From a virus: a stretch of DNA of 64,000 bases. How positions within the stretch are numbered: the stretch's first letter is position 1; each line of letters begins with the position of its first letter. A program made the translations under genes and the position numbers. Shown piece after piece: positions 38,289 through 47,975 of the stretch. The notes under the pieces were generated by a model that worked only from the letters and a program-made list of their open reading frames with translations, did not search any database and had not been told where the DNA came from. The DNA is taken from the IMG/VR virus record IMGVR_UViG_3300025405_000009, positions 64,001-128,000 of that record; one strand, given 5' to 3'.

Positions 38289-39608
38289 ATGCAAGATAAA
38301 AAAGACTTAATATTATCACTTGTTCAAGAATTAATTAACGAAGAAATTAGTAAAAAAACATGGCGTCCTGGACAGGATTGGGTTCAATATGCAGGACCTT
38401 ATTTTGATTCTAATGAATATGTAAAATCTATTGAAACCTTATTAGCGGGTTGGCTTGTCTTAGGTCAACAGGGAATTAAATTTGAAAATACCTTTCCAAA
38501 ATTACTCAATAAAGATTTTGGTATACTAACAAATAGCGGTAGTAGCTCTAATTTAATAATGATGTCAGCTCTTAAATCAAAGAGACTTTATAATCTACCA
38601 AAAGGTACAAAAGTTATTACACCTATTGCAGGTTTTCCCACTACGATAAATCCAATCTTTCAATGTGAGTTTGAACCTGCGTTTGTTGATATTGATATTG
38701 ATACATTAAATCTCAATCTTGAACAAGTTGAAAATCAAGCTAAACTCGGAGCTAAAGTAATAACATTTGCACATGTGCTCGGTAATCCACCGAACATGGA
38801 TGAACTAATGAGAATTATTAAACAATATAATTTAATTTTATTAGAAGATTGTTGTGATGCATTAGGCTCTACATATGATGACAAGCCATTAGGTAGTTTT
38901 GGTGAATTTGCAAGTTGTTCTTTCTATCCTGCACACCACATTACAATGGGTGAGGGTGGATTTATTGCTTGCAATACACATCAACAAGAAATTATTATTC
39001 GTAGTTTTAGAGAATGGGGTAGAGGTTGCTATTGTGTAGGTAAAAAAGCAGGGTTACTTAAAAATGGATCATGCGGTAATAGATTTTCAAATTGGTTGCC
39101 ATCTATTCCAGATGAAATCTTTGATCACAAATACGTATATGATGAGATTGGGTACAATCTTAAACCAATTGAAGTTCAAGCAGCAATGGGACTTGAGCAA
39201 ATGAAAAAATTACCTCTTATAACTGAAAAACGTAGACATAATCATGCTAAACTTTGTAGTATATTTAAAAAATATGAAGAGTATTTTGTTATACCAGAAG
39301 CTACAGATAAGAGTGTACCAAGCTGGTTTGCATTTGCGCTTACACTTCGCGATAAAGCACCGTTTAAACGTACAAATATAGTACAATTTTTAGAATCAAA
39401 TAAAATTCAAACTAGACCGTATTTTGCAGGCAATATAATGTTACAACCAGCTTATGAAGGTATTATGAATACAGAAGATGTCATTAAAAATTATCCAAAT
39501 GCAAGAAAAGTTACAACAGATACATTTTTTCTTGGTACAAGTCCTGTTATAACAGATGAACAATTACAATATATCGACGAGACTGTTGAAAAATTCTTTA
39601 AACAATAA
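38289..39608 (+). CDS. rfbH: NDP-4-keto-6-deoxyglucose 3-dehydratase (RfbH/DdhC-like, DegT family)
   Basis: NSGSSSN, EDCCDALG, SFYPAHHITMGEGG (His at the PLP-Lys position), WGRGCYC...CGNRF, HKY.Y..IGYNLK. Confidence 0.88.
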   Translation: MQDKKDLILSLVQELINEEISKKTWRPGQDWVQYAGPYFDSNEYVKSIETLLAGWLVLGQQGIKFENTFPKLLNKDFGILTNSGSSSNLIMMSALKSKRLYNLPKGTKVITPIAGFPTTINPIFQCEFEPAFVDIDIDTLNLNLEQVENQAKLGAKVITFAHVLGNPPNMDELMRIIKQYNLILLEDCCDALGSTYDDKPLGSFGEFASCSFYPAHHITMGEGGFIACNTHQQEIIIRSFREWGRGCYCVGKKAGLLKNGSCGNRFSNWLPSIPDEIFDHKYVYDEIGYNLKPIEVQAAMGLEQMKKLPLITEKRRHNHAKLCSIFKKYEEYFVIPEATDKSVPSWFAFALTLRDKAPFKRTNIVQFLESNKIQTRPYFAGNIMLQPAYEGIMNTEDVIKNYPNARKVTTDTFFLGTSPVITDEQLQYIDETVEKFFKQ

Positions 39609-40273
39609 TGTCTAAAATTGATTTAACAAATATAACACTTTGGTGTCTAAACGGTGTCGATCCTGCAGCCGGCGTACGAGCACTACGTTATAGCATGAAA
39701 GATATACAATTTAAACGAAGTATATTATTTTCACATATTGAGCCTAATAATTTGACTCAAGATATTGAATTTGTAAAAATTGATAATATGGATCATAATC
39801 TTTCAAGTTATTTTTCAATGAAAGGTATTCATCCATATATTGATACTGAATATAGTCTTTCTATACATGATGACGGTTTTGTAATTAATCCTCATTTATG
39901 GGACCCTACATGGTTAGATTATGATTATATAGGTGCACCATGGGCAGTTGGACATGTTCATCGTGTTGGTAACGGTGGTTTTTGTTTAAAAAGTAAAAAA
40001 TTTATAGATATATGTCAAACAATACCGTGGAATGGTGAACATGATGACACACATACATGTATGACATATCATGATTATTTTGTTTCACAGGGTTGTAAAT
40101 TTGCACCTGTTGAAGTAGCAATGAAATTTTCACTTGAGTCAAAAATTCCAGAGTGTGAATATAATTTAGATAATTGTTTTGGTTTTCACGGAAGAGGAGA
40201 AGTTGCTTACGTCTTTCAAGACGGTGGACAGCAGTTTAAAGACAAGATTAAACTGCTTGATATTTTTAAATAA
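39608..40273 (+). CDS. DUF5672-like putative glycosyltransferase
   Basis: HDDGFVINP..WD..WLDYDYIGAPW, VGNGGFCLKS, FGFHG. Confidence 0.75.
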   Translation: MSKIDLTNITLWCLNGVDPAAGVRALRYSMKDIQFKRSILFSHIEPNNLTQDIEFVKIDNMDHNLSSYFSMKGIHPYIDTEYSLSIHDDGFVINPHLWDPTWLDYDYIGAPWAVGHVHRVGNGGFCLKSKKFIDICQTIPWNGEHDDTHTCMTYHDYFVSQGCKFAPVEVAMKFSLESKIPECEYNLDNCFGFHGRGEVAYVFQDGGQQFKDKIKLLDIFK

Positions 40274-40296
40274 AAACATTACATATAGTATAATAA

Positions 40297-41268
40297 ATGG
40301 CACCAAAATTACAAATTAATTTATTTACTTGTAGTCAAAAAGCGCATCGATTGCCTTTTATGATTAGAATGATTGAAGAAATAAAACAAGCAAAACATAA
40401 AGCTAATTTTATTTTATATGTTTATGCAGAAGCTGCATCTATTAATAGTCTTAATACATATTTTACCAATAACAAACCTGGCTTTAAAGTAGGACTTATA
40501 CAGTTAAATACACCAAGTTATCAAGAAAAAATTAATATTGCACATAAAAGTGAATGTGAATATTCATGTAAATTAGATGATGATGTTTTAATGAGCAGAC
40601 ATGTTTGGGATTTTGCTTATGAAAATTTAAATAAAATTACAAAATTAAATCCAATAATAGCGCCTATATTTACAAATGGAATCCCATCTGCAGATTATTT
40701 TGTTGAAGATTTTTTAACAGGCAATGATATTAATCAAGCACATACATTTTTCTTAACCGATCCTATAGCAGATACGCAATGGGGTCTTGATTATACCGGT
40801 ATTAATCAAAAAATACAAAGTATGTCGATATGGAATGCTAAAGAATATTGGAATGCGGTTAATTTAATAGATACTAAATGGGAAACAAATAATGTTCCAT
40901 GGTATTATTTTATGGTTCGAGGTGTTCACCCTGCAAGATATTCAAAAAAATATAATATATTTATTGCAAATAAAATAATTGAAAATAAAAATAAATTTTT
41001 TGATAAGCAGGTCTATAAATTAGAAGCTAACTATGCTCCTTATTTTTGTAATAACCTCTTTATATGTAAAACACAATTCTGGCGCGATACATATAAATTA
41101 TTTAATGATGGTTGGGATGAGGGACAATTAACCCTACAAATGAGACTTGATAACTCATCACCGTTGTATATTAGAAACGGCTATGCTATTCACATGGCAT
41201 ACGGTATGACACGTGGTCAACAAGAAATTGAATCATACTATATACAAAATTTTGGACAAAAAATATGA
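40297..41268 (+). CDS. Hypothetical protein, possible GT-A fold
   Basis: YSCKLDDDV, WDEG, HMAYG; cluster context. Confidence 0.55.
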   Translation: MAPKLQINLFTCSQKAHRLPFMIRMIEEIKQAKHKANFILYVYAEAASINSLNTYFTNNKPGFKVGLIQLNTPSYQEKINIAHKSECEYSCKLDDDVLMSRHVWDFAYENLNKITKLNPIIAPIFTNGIPSADYFVEDFLTGNDINQAHTFFLTDPIADTQWGLDYTGINQKIQSMSIWNAKEYWNAVNLIDTKWETNNVPWYYFMVRGVHPARYSKKYNIFIANKIIENKNKFFDKQVYKLEANYAPYFCNNLFICKTQFWRDTYKLFNDGWDEGQLTLQMRLDNSSPLYIRNGYAIHMAYGMTRGQQEIESYYIQNFGQKI

Positions 41269-42041
41269 AATATATAATTATTAAAAACAATGGAAGCTGT
41301 GGTATCTGCGGTTATATTTGGCAAGTACTACGTGCAATATACCATTATCCGGGTCGGCAGTACTACATAAATTTTAACGAAAATTGTCAGTATAATGATC
41401 CTGCGATTACACATACAGAGAATGTATGGGAGTATTATTTTAAACAACCTAATAATAATGATTACCCATCAGAAGTATTAATAGAAACTACTATAACTGA
41501 TATTATAGATGTACCAGAAAGTGAATTTCGTGATGTGTTTATGATTAATCCTACAGAGGAATATATTAAAAATCGAAGACACGAATATAATAAAATAATA
41601 AACGAAAATATTCAACTATTACCAGATATTACCGAAAAAATTAAAAATTTTACTGAAAAATACTTTACAGGTAAAAAAGTATTAGGAGTACATTTTCGTG
41701 GAACTGATCATCCTGATAAAAAAAATATATTTGATTATTTTCAAACTATTAAAGACAAAGCTGCAGCATATGATGTTATATTTTGTGCATCTGATGAAGA
41801 TCATCGATTACAGGCTCTTAAAACAGTTTTTGGAAATAAAGTCGTTTATTATAATAGTATTCGAAGCGAATCAGCAGAGCCGCTACACTATAGCAATACT
41901 CCAAAATTTAAAATTGGTGAAGATGTTATTATTGAAGCATATCTTATGTCAAAGACTGACTTTTTATTCTGTTGTGGTAATTCAAATGTTAATTATTTTG
42001 CACGTGCAATAAATCCTGAATTGCCATCACAAGCTTTATGA
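41265..42041 (+). CDS. NodZ/O-fucosyltransferase-like glycosyltransferase
   Basis: GVHFRGTDH, IFCASD, EAYLMSKTDF..C..SNV. Confidence 0.8.
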   Translation: MKYIIIKNNGSCGICGYIWQVLRAIYHYPGRQYYINFNENCQYNDPAITHTENVWEYYFKQPNNNDYPSEVLIETTITDIIDVPESEFRDVFMINPTEEYIKNRRHEYNKIINENIQLLPDITEKIKNFTEKYFTGKKVLGVHFRGTDHPDKKNIFDYFQTIKDKAAAYDVIFCASDEDHRLQALKTVFGNKVVYYNSIRSESAEPLHYSNTPKFKIGEDVIIEAYLMSKTDFLFCCGNSNVNYFARAINPELPSQAL

Positions 42042-42895
42042 GTAATTTGATATCAGTATTTGGATCAACCGGTTTTATTGGTAAACGTTTTTGTAAAATA
42101 TACGAAAATAAAACTATTAAAATTGATCGAAATGATTATAAACCACAGTCAGATAATATTTTATATCTAATAAGCACTGTAGATAATTATAATGTACATA
42201 ATAATTTACATATTGATATTGATACTAATTTGACTGTATTAATGAACGTATTGGATAATATAAAGCATAATACATCAGCTACTTTTAATTTTATTAGTTC
42301 ATGGTTTGTATATGGTCAAAATCATGAAATTCCATTTAGAGAAGATTATTCAAAATGTAATCCAACAGGTTTTTACTCTATAACAAAACTTTGTGCTGAA
42401 CAACTAATAATTTCATTTTGTGAAACATATAATATTAAATATAGGATATTTAGATTAGCTAATGTAATCGGTGAGGGTGATTTTAAAATTTCTAAAAAGA
42501 AAAATGCTTTACAATTTTTAATTAAAGAAATTGTACATAATAGAGATGTGCCATTGTACTACGGTGGTGAAGTTTTAAGAGATTACATTTATGTTGACGA
42601 TGTTTGTAACGCAATTAAGCTTTGTATTGACTCGGCTCCAATTAACCAGATAATAAACATAGGTAGTGGACAACCATATAGATTTCTTGATATTATTAAT
42701 ACCGCTATTGATTATTCAAATTCAAAATCTGTTATACAACATATTGAACCAACAAATTTTCATAATATTGTTCAAGTAAGACATTCATATCTTGATATAA
42801 GCAAGTTATTATCATATGGGTTTAAATTAAAGTATGATATAAAGAGTATAGTTGAACGGCTTGTTAACTTTTATAAAAATGAATTATCAAAATGA
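42038..42895 (+). CDS. NAD-dependent epimerase/dehydratase (extended SDR)
   Basis: GSTGFIG, ISSWFVYG, YSITK, RLANVIG. Confidence 0.85.
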   Translation: MSNLISVFGSTGFIGKRFCKIYENKTIKIDRNDYKPQSDNILYLISTVDNYNVHNNLHIDIDTNLTVLMNVLDNIKHNTSATFNFISSWFVYGQNHEIPFREDYSKCNPTGFYSITKLCAEQLIISFCETYNIKYRIFRLANVIGEGDFKISKKKNALQFLIKEIVHNRDVPLYYGGEVLRDYIYVDDVCNAIKLCIDSAPINQIINIGSGQPYRFLDIINTAIDYSNSKSVIQHIEPTNFHNIVQVRHSYLDISKLLSYGFKLKYDIKSIVERLVNFYKNELSK

Positions 42896-43569
42896 AAAAT
42901 GTAATCTTTATACATGCAGGTAATCTTATACACGATAAACACGGACACCCAAATTTTGATAGATGTCAAAATATTTTAAACGAAATTGCAAAATATATTT
43001 TAGACTCAAAAATATATGAAGATGTTGATTCAATTAATGTAGAGTTAGTAGGTGATAGAGATATTACCTTTAATGTACCTAAAGCTACAATTAATTATAA
43101 TGGTATAGATGTACAGCAGTGGGAATTTCCAACATTACATAAAATCATTAATCACGCAAGGCAAAATCCAACTGATAATATTTTATATCTTCATACAAAA
43201 GGATCTAGTAACTGTATACACGTACCAGAAATAAATTGGATAGAAGATGTAAGACGTTATCACCTTTATCAAAACGTTACAAGATACAAAGAGGCTTTAG
43301 AATTTTTAAAAACCTATGATACATGCGGAGCAGAATTTATTACAGATCCTGTAAATCATTATTCGCAAAATTTTTGGTGGGCAAGAGCAAGTCATATTAA
43401 CACCCTTATACTACCACAAGACAGACCTGTAATTTTTGATGAAAGGCACAAATGTGAATTTTGGATATGTTCTAATTCTAACAGTAGATATAAGAGTATA
43501 TACAACATATATAATCACTATATAGACGCTACGGATTTTTCGGAACATTTATATATTAATAAATTATGA
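42892..43569 (+). CDS. Hypothetical protein, putative glycosyltransferase
   Basis: WEFPTL, ILYLHTKG, HYSQNFWWA, CEFWI. Confidence 0.55.
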   Translation: MKNVIFIHAGNLIHDKHGHPNFDRCQNILNEIAKYILDSKIYEDVDSINVELVGDRDITFNVPKATINYNGIDVQQWEFPTLHKIINHARQNPTDNILYLHTKGSSNCIHVPEINWIEDVRRYHLYQNVTRYKEALEFLKTYDTCGAEFITDPVNHYSQNFWWARASHINTLILPQDRPVIFDERHKCEFWICSNSNSRYKSIYNIYNHYIDATDFSEHLYINKL

Positions 43570-44519
43570 AAAAAATAGTATACATTACAGGTTGTTTAGG
43601 TTTTATAGGTTCACATGTAACACGACAATGTTTAGAACGTGGATGGTATGTCAAAGGTGTAGATAAAGAAACATATGCAGCAAATCTTACTTTACTAGAT
43701 GAATTTAAGAAATATAAAAACTTTTCATATACAAATTGCGATATTAACGAATTGACATTTTTATATGAATGTGATTATATTATAAACACTGCAGCTGAAA
43801 CACATGTTGGTAATTCAATTGTAGATAGCAAAGACTTTGTAAAGTCAAATATTGATGGTGTGCACAACTTACTTGAGTTAATTAAAAATTATCGACACGA
43901 AACAAATAAAAAGCCAATACTACTACATTTTAGTACTGATGAAGTTTACGGTGATATTACTAACGGATCGCACATAGAGACAGATTTACTTAAACCTAGC
44001 AATCCATATTCTGCTACCAAAGCAGCAGCGGATATGTTAATATTAGCATGGAATAGAACGTATAATATAAATTATATTATTGTTCGACCAACAAATAATT
44101 ACGGTTGTGGACAATATGTTGAAAAATTAATTCCAAAAACATTAAAATATCTTGAACTCGGTCGCAAGATTCAGTTACATGAAGGTGGTACACCCATACG
44201 TAATTGGCTACATGCTGAGGATACAGCTAATGCTATTATGACAATTATTAATTCAGGTGTAACTAACGATATTTTTAATATTGCAGGTGGGTTTGAGCAA
44301 TCAAATATTGATACAGTTAAACAAATCATACAAAACTATTTTGGTACTTTAGATGGTTATGAGCAATATCTAGACTTATCATATAGTAGACCTGGTATGG
44401 ATACACGATATGCTCTTGATGATAATAAACTTAGATCACTTAATTGGATGCCTACAAAAAAATTTAATATTGAAATAAAAAATATTGTCAATTATTACAA
44501 AGAAAGATTTATATGGTAG
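43566..44519 (+). CDS. rfbB: NDP-glucose 4,6-dehydratase (RfbB/RmlB-like)
   Basis: TGCLGFIGS, AAETHV, STDEVYG, PYSATK, NNYG..Q..EKLIP. Confidence 0.88.
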   Translation: MKKIVYITGCLGFIGSHVTRQCLERGWYVKGVDKETYAANLTLLDEFKKYKNFSYTNCDINELTFLYECDYIINTAAETHVGNSIVDSKDFVKSNIDGVHNLLELIKNYRHETNKKPILLHFSTDEVYGDITNGSHIETDLLKPSNPYSATKAAADMLILAWNRTYNINYIIVRPTNNYGCGQYVEKLIPKTLKYLELGRKIQLHEGGTPIRNWLHAEDTANAIMTIINSGVTNDIFNIAGGFEQSNIDTVKQIIQNYFGTLDGYEQYLDLSYSRPGMDTRYALDDNKLRSLNWMPTKKFNIEIKNIVNYYKERFIW

Positions 44520-44523
44520 TAGC

Positions 44524-44552
44524 TTGAAAACTGTTACTTAATATAATATACT
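44524..44552 (+). promoter_or_regulatory. Sigma70-type promoter for ThDP enzyme pair
   Basis: TTGAAA-N17-TATACT, 8 nt before ATG. Confidence 0.65.
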
Positions 44553-44560
44553 ATTAGCAT

Positions 44561-45211
44561 ATGCTGACAGCTGAGCAATTAATAAATTTTGAAATTAAAA
44601 TTGGTGATTTATTTAATAAAAAGCAAATAAAAGCACCTATACATCTTTATTATGGCAATGAAGATAAAATGATTGAAATATTTAAACGCATAAATTCTAC
44701 AAATGATTGGATTTGTTGCACTTGGAGAAATCATTATCAAGCTCTCTTAAAAGGCATTTCACCTGATTTACTTGAACAAAAAATTATTTCAGGTAAGTCA
44801 ATGATAATGAATCTACCTGATTATAGGTTTATCTGTAGTTCAATTGTTGGCGGTATTCCATCAATAGCAGTTGGTATAGCGCTAGGTGTTAAATTACAAC
44901 AAAGTAGTGAGCATGTCTGGTGTTGGATCGGTGATATGTCTGCTGAAACAGGTGCTTTTCATGAAGCATACAAATATGCAAGAAATTATACTTTACCTAT
45001 AACATTTGTTGTTGAATCAAATAAACTTTCTGTATTAACACCAACGGATGAAGCATGGAATCGTGATGTGCCCTATTTTATTGATAGAGTAGCTGACTTT
45101 AGATTAGAAATGAAAAATGATTGTATATACGAACAGCCTAATTTATTATATTATCAATATGAGAATACCAAATACCCGCATGCAGGTGCAGGTCAGCGGG
45201 TACAATTTTAA
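44561..45211 (+). CDS. ThDP-dependent E1-alpha-like subunit
   Basis: IHLYYGNE, TWRNHY, SSIVGG, GDMSAETG..HEA...VVESN, HAGAG. Confidence 0.85.
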   Translation: MLTAEQLINFEIKIGDLFNKKQIKAPIHLYYGNEDKMIEIFKRINSTNDWICCTWRNHYQALLKGISPDLLEQKIISGKSMIMNLPDYRFICSSIVGGIPSIAVGIALGVKLQQSSEHVWCWIGDMSAETGAFHEAYKYARNYTLPITFVVESNKLSVLTPTDEAWNRDVPYFIDRVADFRLEMKNDCIYEQPNLLYYQYENTKYPHAGAGQRVQF

Positions 45212-45213
45212 AT

Positions 45214-45750
45214 ATGAATTATTTTAATGAATTAAAGCGAGCTATGAACTATCTTGCCAAAGATAGTCGTACAATTTTTATTGGACAGGCAGTAAAGTAT
45301 GGTGGTACGGGATTGTACGATACTTTAATTGAAGTACCTGATAATAAAAAAATTGAATTTCCAGTAGCTGAATATTTACAATGTGGTGTTGCTAATGGTT
45401 TAGCAATTCAAGGATTAATACCTGTATCTCTAATACCAAGATGGAATTTTTTGTTAATGGGAACAGATCAAATAATAAATCATTTAGATAAATTTATATT
45501 AATGTCAGATGGTAGTTGTACTCCCAACGTTATTATCCGTGTAGCTGTTGGTAGTGAACGTCCAGTCGATCCGCAAGATCAACACAAAGGCAATTTTACA
45601 GATGCATTTAGATCTATGTGTAAGACAATAGAAATAATAGAACTAAAAGAGCCCGAAGATATAATGCCTGCTTATATTAAAGCATTAACAAGAACGGATG
45701 GTAAGAGTACAATATTAGTAGAATTTGGTGATTTTATAAAAGAAAAGTAA
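45214..45750 (+). CDS. E1-beta/transketolase pyrimidine-binding subunit (no C-terminal domain)
   Basis: FIGQAV, EFPVAE, DQIINH, PQDQH; 178 aa. Confidence 0.85.
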   Translation: MNYFNELKRAMNYLAKDSRTIFIGQAVKYGGTGLYDTLIEVPDNKKIEFPVAEYLQCGVANGLAIQGLIPVSLIPRWNFLLMGTDQIINHLDKFILMSDGSCTPNVIIRVAVGSERPVDPQDQHKGNFTDAFRSMCKTIEIIELKEPEDIMPAYIKALTRTDGKSTILVEFGDFIKEK

Positions 45751-45751
45751 A

Positions 45752-46543
45752 ATGATAAATGTATTAATAACTGGATGTTCAGGTTATATTGCTACAGCAT
45801 TAATACATTCGTTACAAAAAAAGTATAATATTACAGCAATAGGTCGCAAAGATTTTAATTTGGCAGATCAAACTGCAACAGATAATTGGTTTAAAAATAA
45901 ACAATTTGATGTTGTATTGCATACAGCTAGTATATTAGGTGGTCGCTTTCAAGATAATAATAATAATGTTTTATTAACAAATCTTAAAATGTTTTTTAAT
46001 CTTGTTAAAAACAAAAATAAATTTAAAAAATTTATTAATTTTGGATCTGGTATAGAAAAGTACCCATATGAAAGTTATTATAGCTTGAGTAAAAGTATAA
46101 TTAAAACGTTTGTTGAACGCAAACAAACGTTTTACAATTTAAGAATATATGGTATATTTGATTCAAATGAAATGAATACACGATTTATTAAAAATAATAT
46201 AATAAATTATATTAATAAACAACCAATCATAATAAATCAAAATAGATATATGGATTTTATCTATATGGACGATTTAACAAAACTTGTTGAATATTGTATT
46301 GATAATACAATATTAAAAAAAACAATTAATTGTGTATACAAAGAAAAATATACACTTAATAATATTGCAAATATTATAAATTGTTTAGATACATATACAG
46401 TTCCTATTATTCTTAATAAGAAAGGTATGAATACAAAATATATCGGTACATTTAATCTACCAATTAATCCTATAGGATTAAAAGAAGGTATTAAAAAAAC
46501 ATTTATGCATTTGCAATCACAGCATACATCACATATAATTTAA
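45752..46543 (+). CDS. NAD-dependent epimerase/ketoreductase (SDR)
   Basis: ITGCSGYIA, VLHTA, NFGSG, YSLSK, LRIYGIF. Confidence 0.8.
   Translation: MINVLITGCSGYIATALIHSLQKKYNITAIGRKDFNLADQTATDNWFKNKQFDVVLHTASILGGRFQDNNNNVLLTNLKMFFNLVKNKNKFKKFINFGSGIEKYPYESYYSLSKSIIKTFVERKQTFYNLRIYGIFDSNEMNTRFIKNNIINYINKQPIIINQNRYMDFIYMDDLTKLVEYCIDNTILKKTINCVYKEKYTLNNIANIINCLDTYTVPIILNKKGMNTKYIGTFNLPINPIGLKEGIKKTFMHLQSQHTSHII
46511..46539 (+). promoter_or_regulatory. Sigma70-type promoter
   Basis: TTGCAA-N17-TATAAT, 6 nt before ATG at 46546. Confidence 0.7.
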
Positions 46544-46545
46544 CT

Positions 46546-47130
46546 ATGATTATTAATATACCACTATATGACGGCGATCTTATTCATTCCCGCTTTGCCT
46601 ATAAGCACTTTCGTAAGAATACATTACCGATTGGAAATATTGTAGCGTTTCGTGCTCCTATGAAGGTTGAAGCTGAGGGCATGATTGATAATGAAGATAT
46701 TCTTAACGCAGATTATATCTATAGTGATGATGCAATTAATTTTTGCTGGGAGATTCCAAATCTTGATCCTTTCGGTGCTGTAGCTTTTCAACGTCTTCTT
46801 AATACTCAGATTGCTAATATTCTTAGTAGTAAGTATCTTAAAGCTCCGATCGAGGTAGATGGAGATGATCTTATTGTACATAAGGAGCATACCCAGGGCG
46901 GTGTTACTCAGATGAAAGGTAAATGCAGTGTGAGCATTACGTATTCAAAAAATAATGTCGCTCTGGGTCATACCGGTATTAATATTGAAGCTGGTAAGAA
47001 AGCACCAGCGTTTGCATATTCTACAAAGCTTGGTAACGCTGAGGCTGAGCAGTTTATGAAAGATATTATTGAAACGTTTTATGCAATGGTTGAGGATATC
47101 TTTATTGCAACATCTAAAGTAATTGCTTAA
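46546..47130 (+). CDS. DUF366-like protein (BirA/LplA-like fold)
   Basis: YDG..IHSRFAY, IVAFRAPM.V, MIDNED, AVAFQRLL, DGDDL, K.SVSI, HTGINI. Confidence 0.7.
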   Translation: MIINIPLYDGDLIHSRFAYKHFRKNTLPIGNIVAFRAPMKVEAEGMIDNEDILNADYIYSDDAINFCWEIPNLDPFGAVAFQRLLNTQIANILSSKYLKAPIEVDGDDLIVHKEHTQGGVTQMKGKCSVSITYSKNNVALGHTGINIEAGKKAPAFAYSTKLGNAEAEQFMKDIIETFYAMVEDIFIATSKVIA

Positions 47131-47492
47131 TGACAATATTTGATATTATAAGTAATATCCTGTTTAAAAAACAAAATAATTGTCTATCAACAGTAGATCA
47201 AGAATCTGATTTTCAACCATATATAGTTAATAGATGGTTGAGTATGTATTCGCCTGTAATCGCTAAGCATTGTAATATATTAAACAAATATCTCAGTATA
47301 TTTGATAATAAGAAAGATCTTCTAACACTATTTACTGCAGTCTTCCCAAAGATGTCTTTTAAAAAAATAGAGTATATAAAAAAGGTAAAGGAAAATAAAA
47401 TTGACAAGGATGAAAATATTCCTTTACTTGCAACAAACTTAGAACTCTCAAAAAGAGAAATAGAACAATACATTGCATTTTTAAATAACTAA
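47130..47492 (+). CDS. gp62: Clamp loader small subunit (gp62-like)
   Basis: FDIISNI, FQPYIVNRWLSMY, C-terminal LELSKREIEQY. Confidence 0.7.
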   Translation: MTIFDIISNILFKKQNNCLSTVDQESDFQPYIVNRWLSMYSPVIAKHCNILNKYLSIFDNKKDLLTLFTAVFPKMSFKKIEYIKKVKENKIDKDENIPLLATNLELSKREIEQYIAFLNN

Positions 47493-47507
47493 TATAATTA
47501 AAGGTAT

Positions 47508-47975
47508 ATGGTAGCTGATATTGACATGCTTGGTCCCGTCCCGAAAAGCTTAATTGACTTTTCTTCAATTCCGAAAAATTCTTTTAATTCAGTATTTTAC
47601 GGTTATAATCTTAAACACGTTTTAGATGATATTCTTCTCTGTACGTTTGTTGATGAGTCAACAGATGGCACAAGTATTATCCGTAATGGTCTACATGTAC
47701 CTGTTAATACAGATACAAAAGCTTGGCGAATTGGTCAAGTTATTCTTGCTGGTCCTAACGTTAAGCATGCTAAAGTTGGTGATTATGTTTGCTTTCCTAA
47801 CAATCTCGGTGTACCAGTAGCTAATTTAGATGTTGATAATTACGGTACGCTTAAGAGAGGAATTTTCCTTAATGAGCAACGTATTTTTGGTATTTGCTCA
47901 TTAAGAGGAGATGATAATGAAAGCGTCGCTAGCCACAATAAAAAGTCTACTACTAAACAACGTCGCAGAAATTAA
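47508..47975 (+). CDS. GroES/Cpn10-like co-chaperonin
   Basis: LDDILL, mobile-loop RNGLHVP, GQVILAGP...KVGDYVCFP. Confidence 0.75.
   Translation: MVADIDMLGPVPKSLIDFSSIPKNSFNSVFYGYNLKHVLDDILLCTFVDESTDGTSIIRNGLHVPVNTDTKAWRIGQVILAGPNVKHAKVGDYVCFPNNLGVPVANLDVDNYGTLKRGIFLNEQRIFGICSLRGDDNESVASHNKKSTTKQRRRN

Noticed and set aside
44561-45750. Pyruvate dehydrogenase as a central-metabolism auxiliary gene
   Set aside because: No E2/E3, beta subunit truncated, and embedded among NDP-sugar enzymes; a branched-sugar role fits better.
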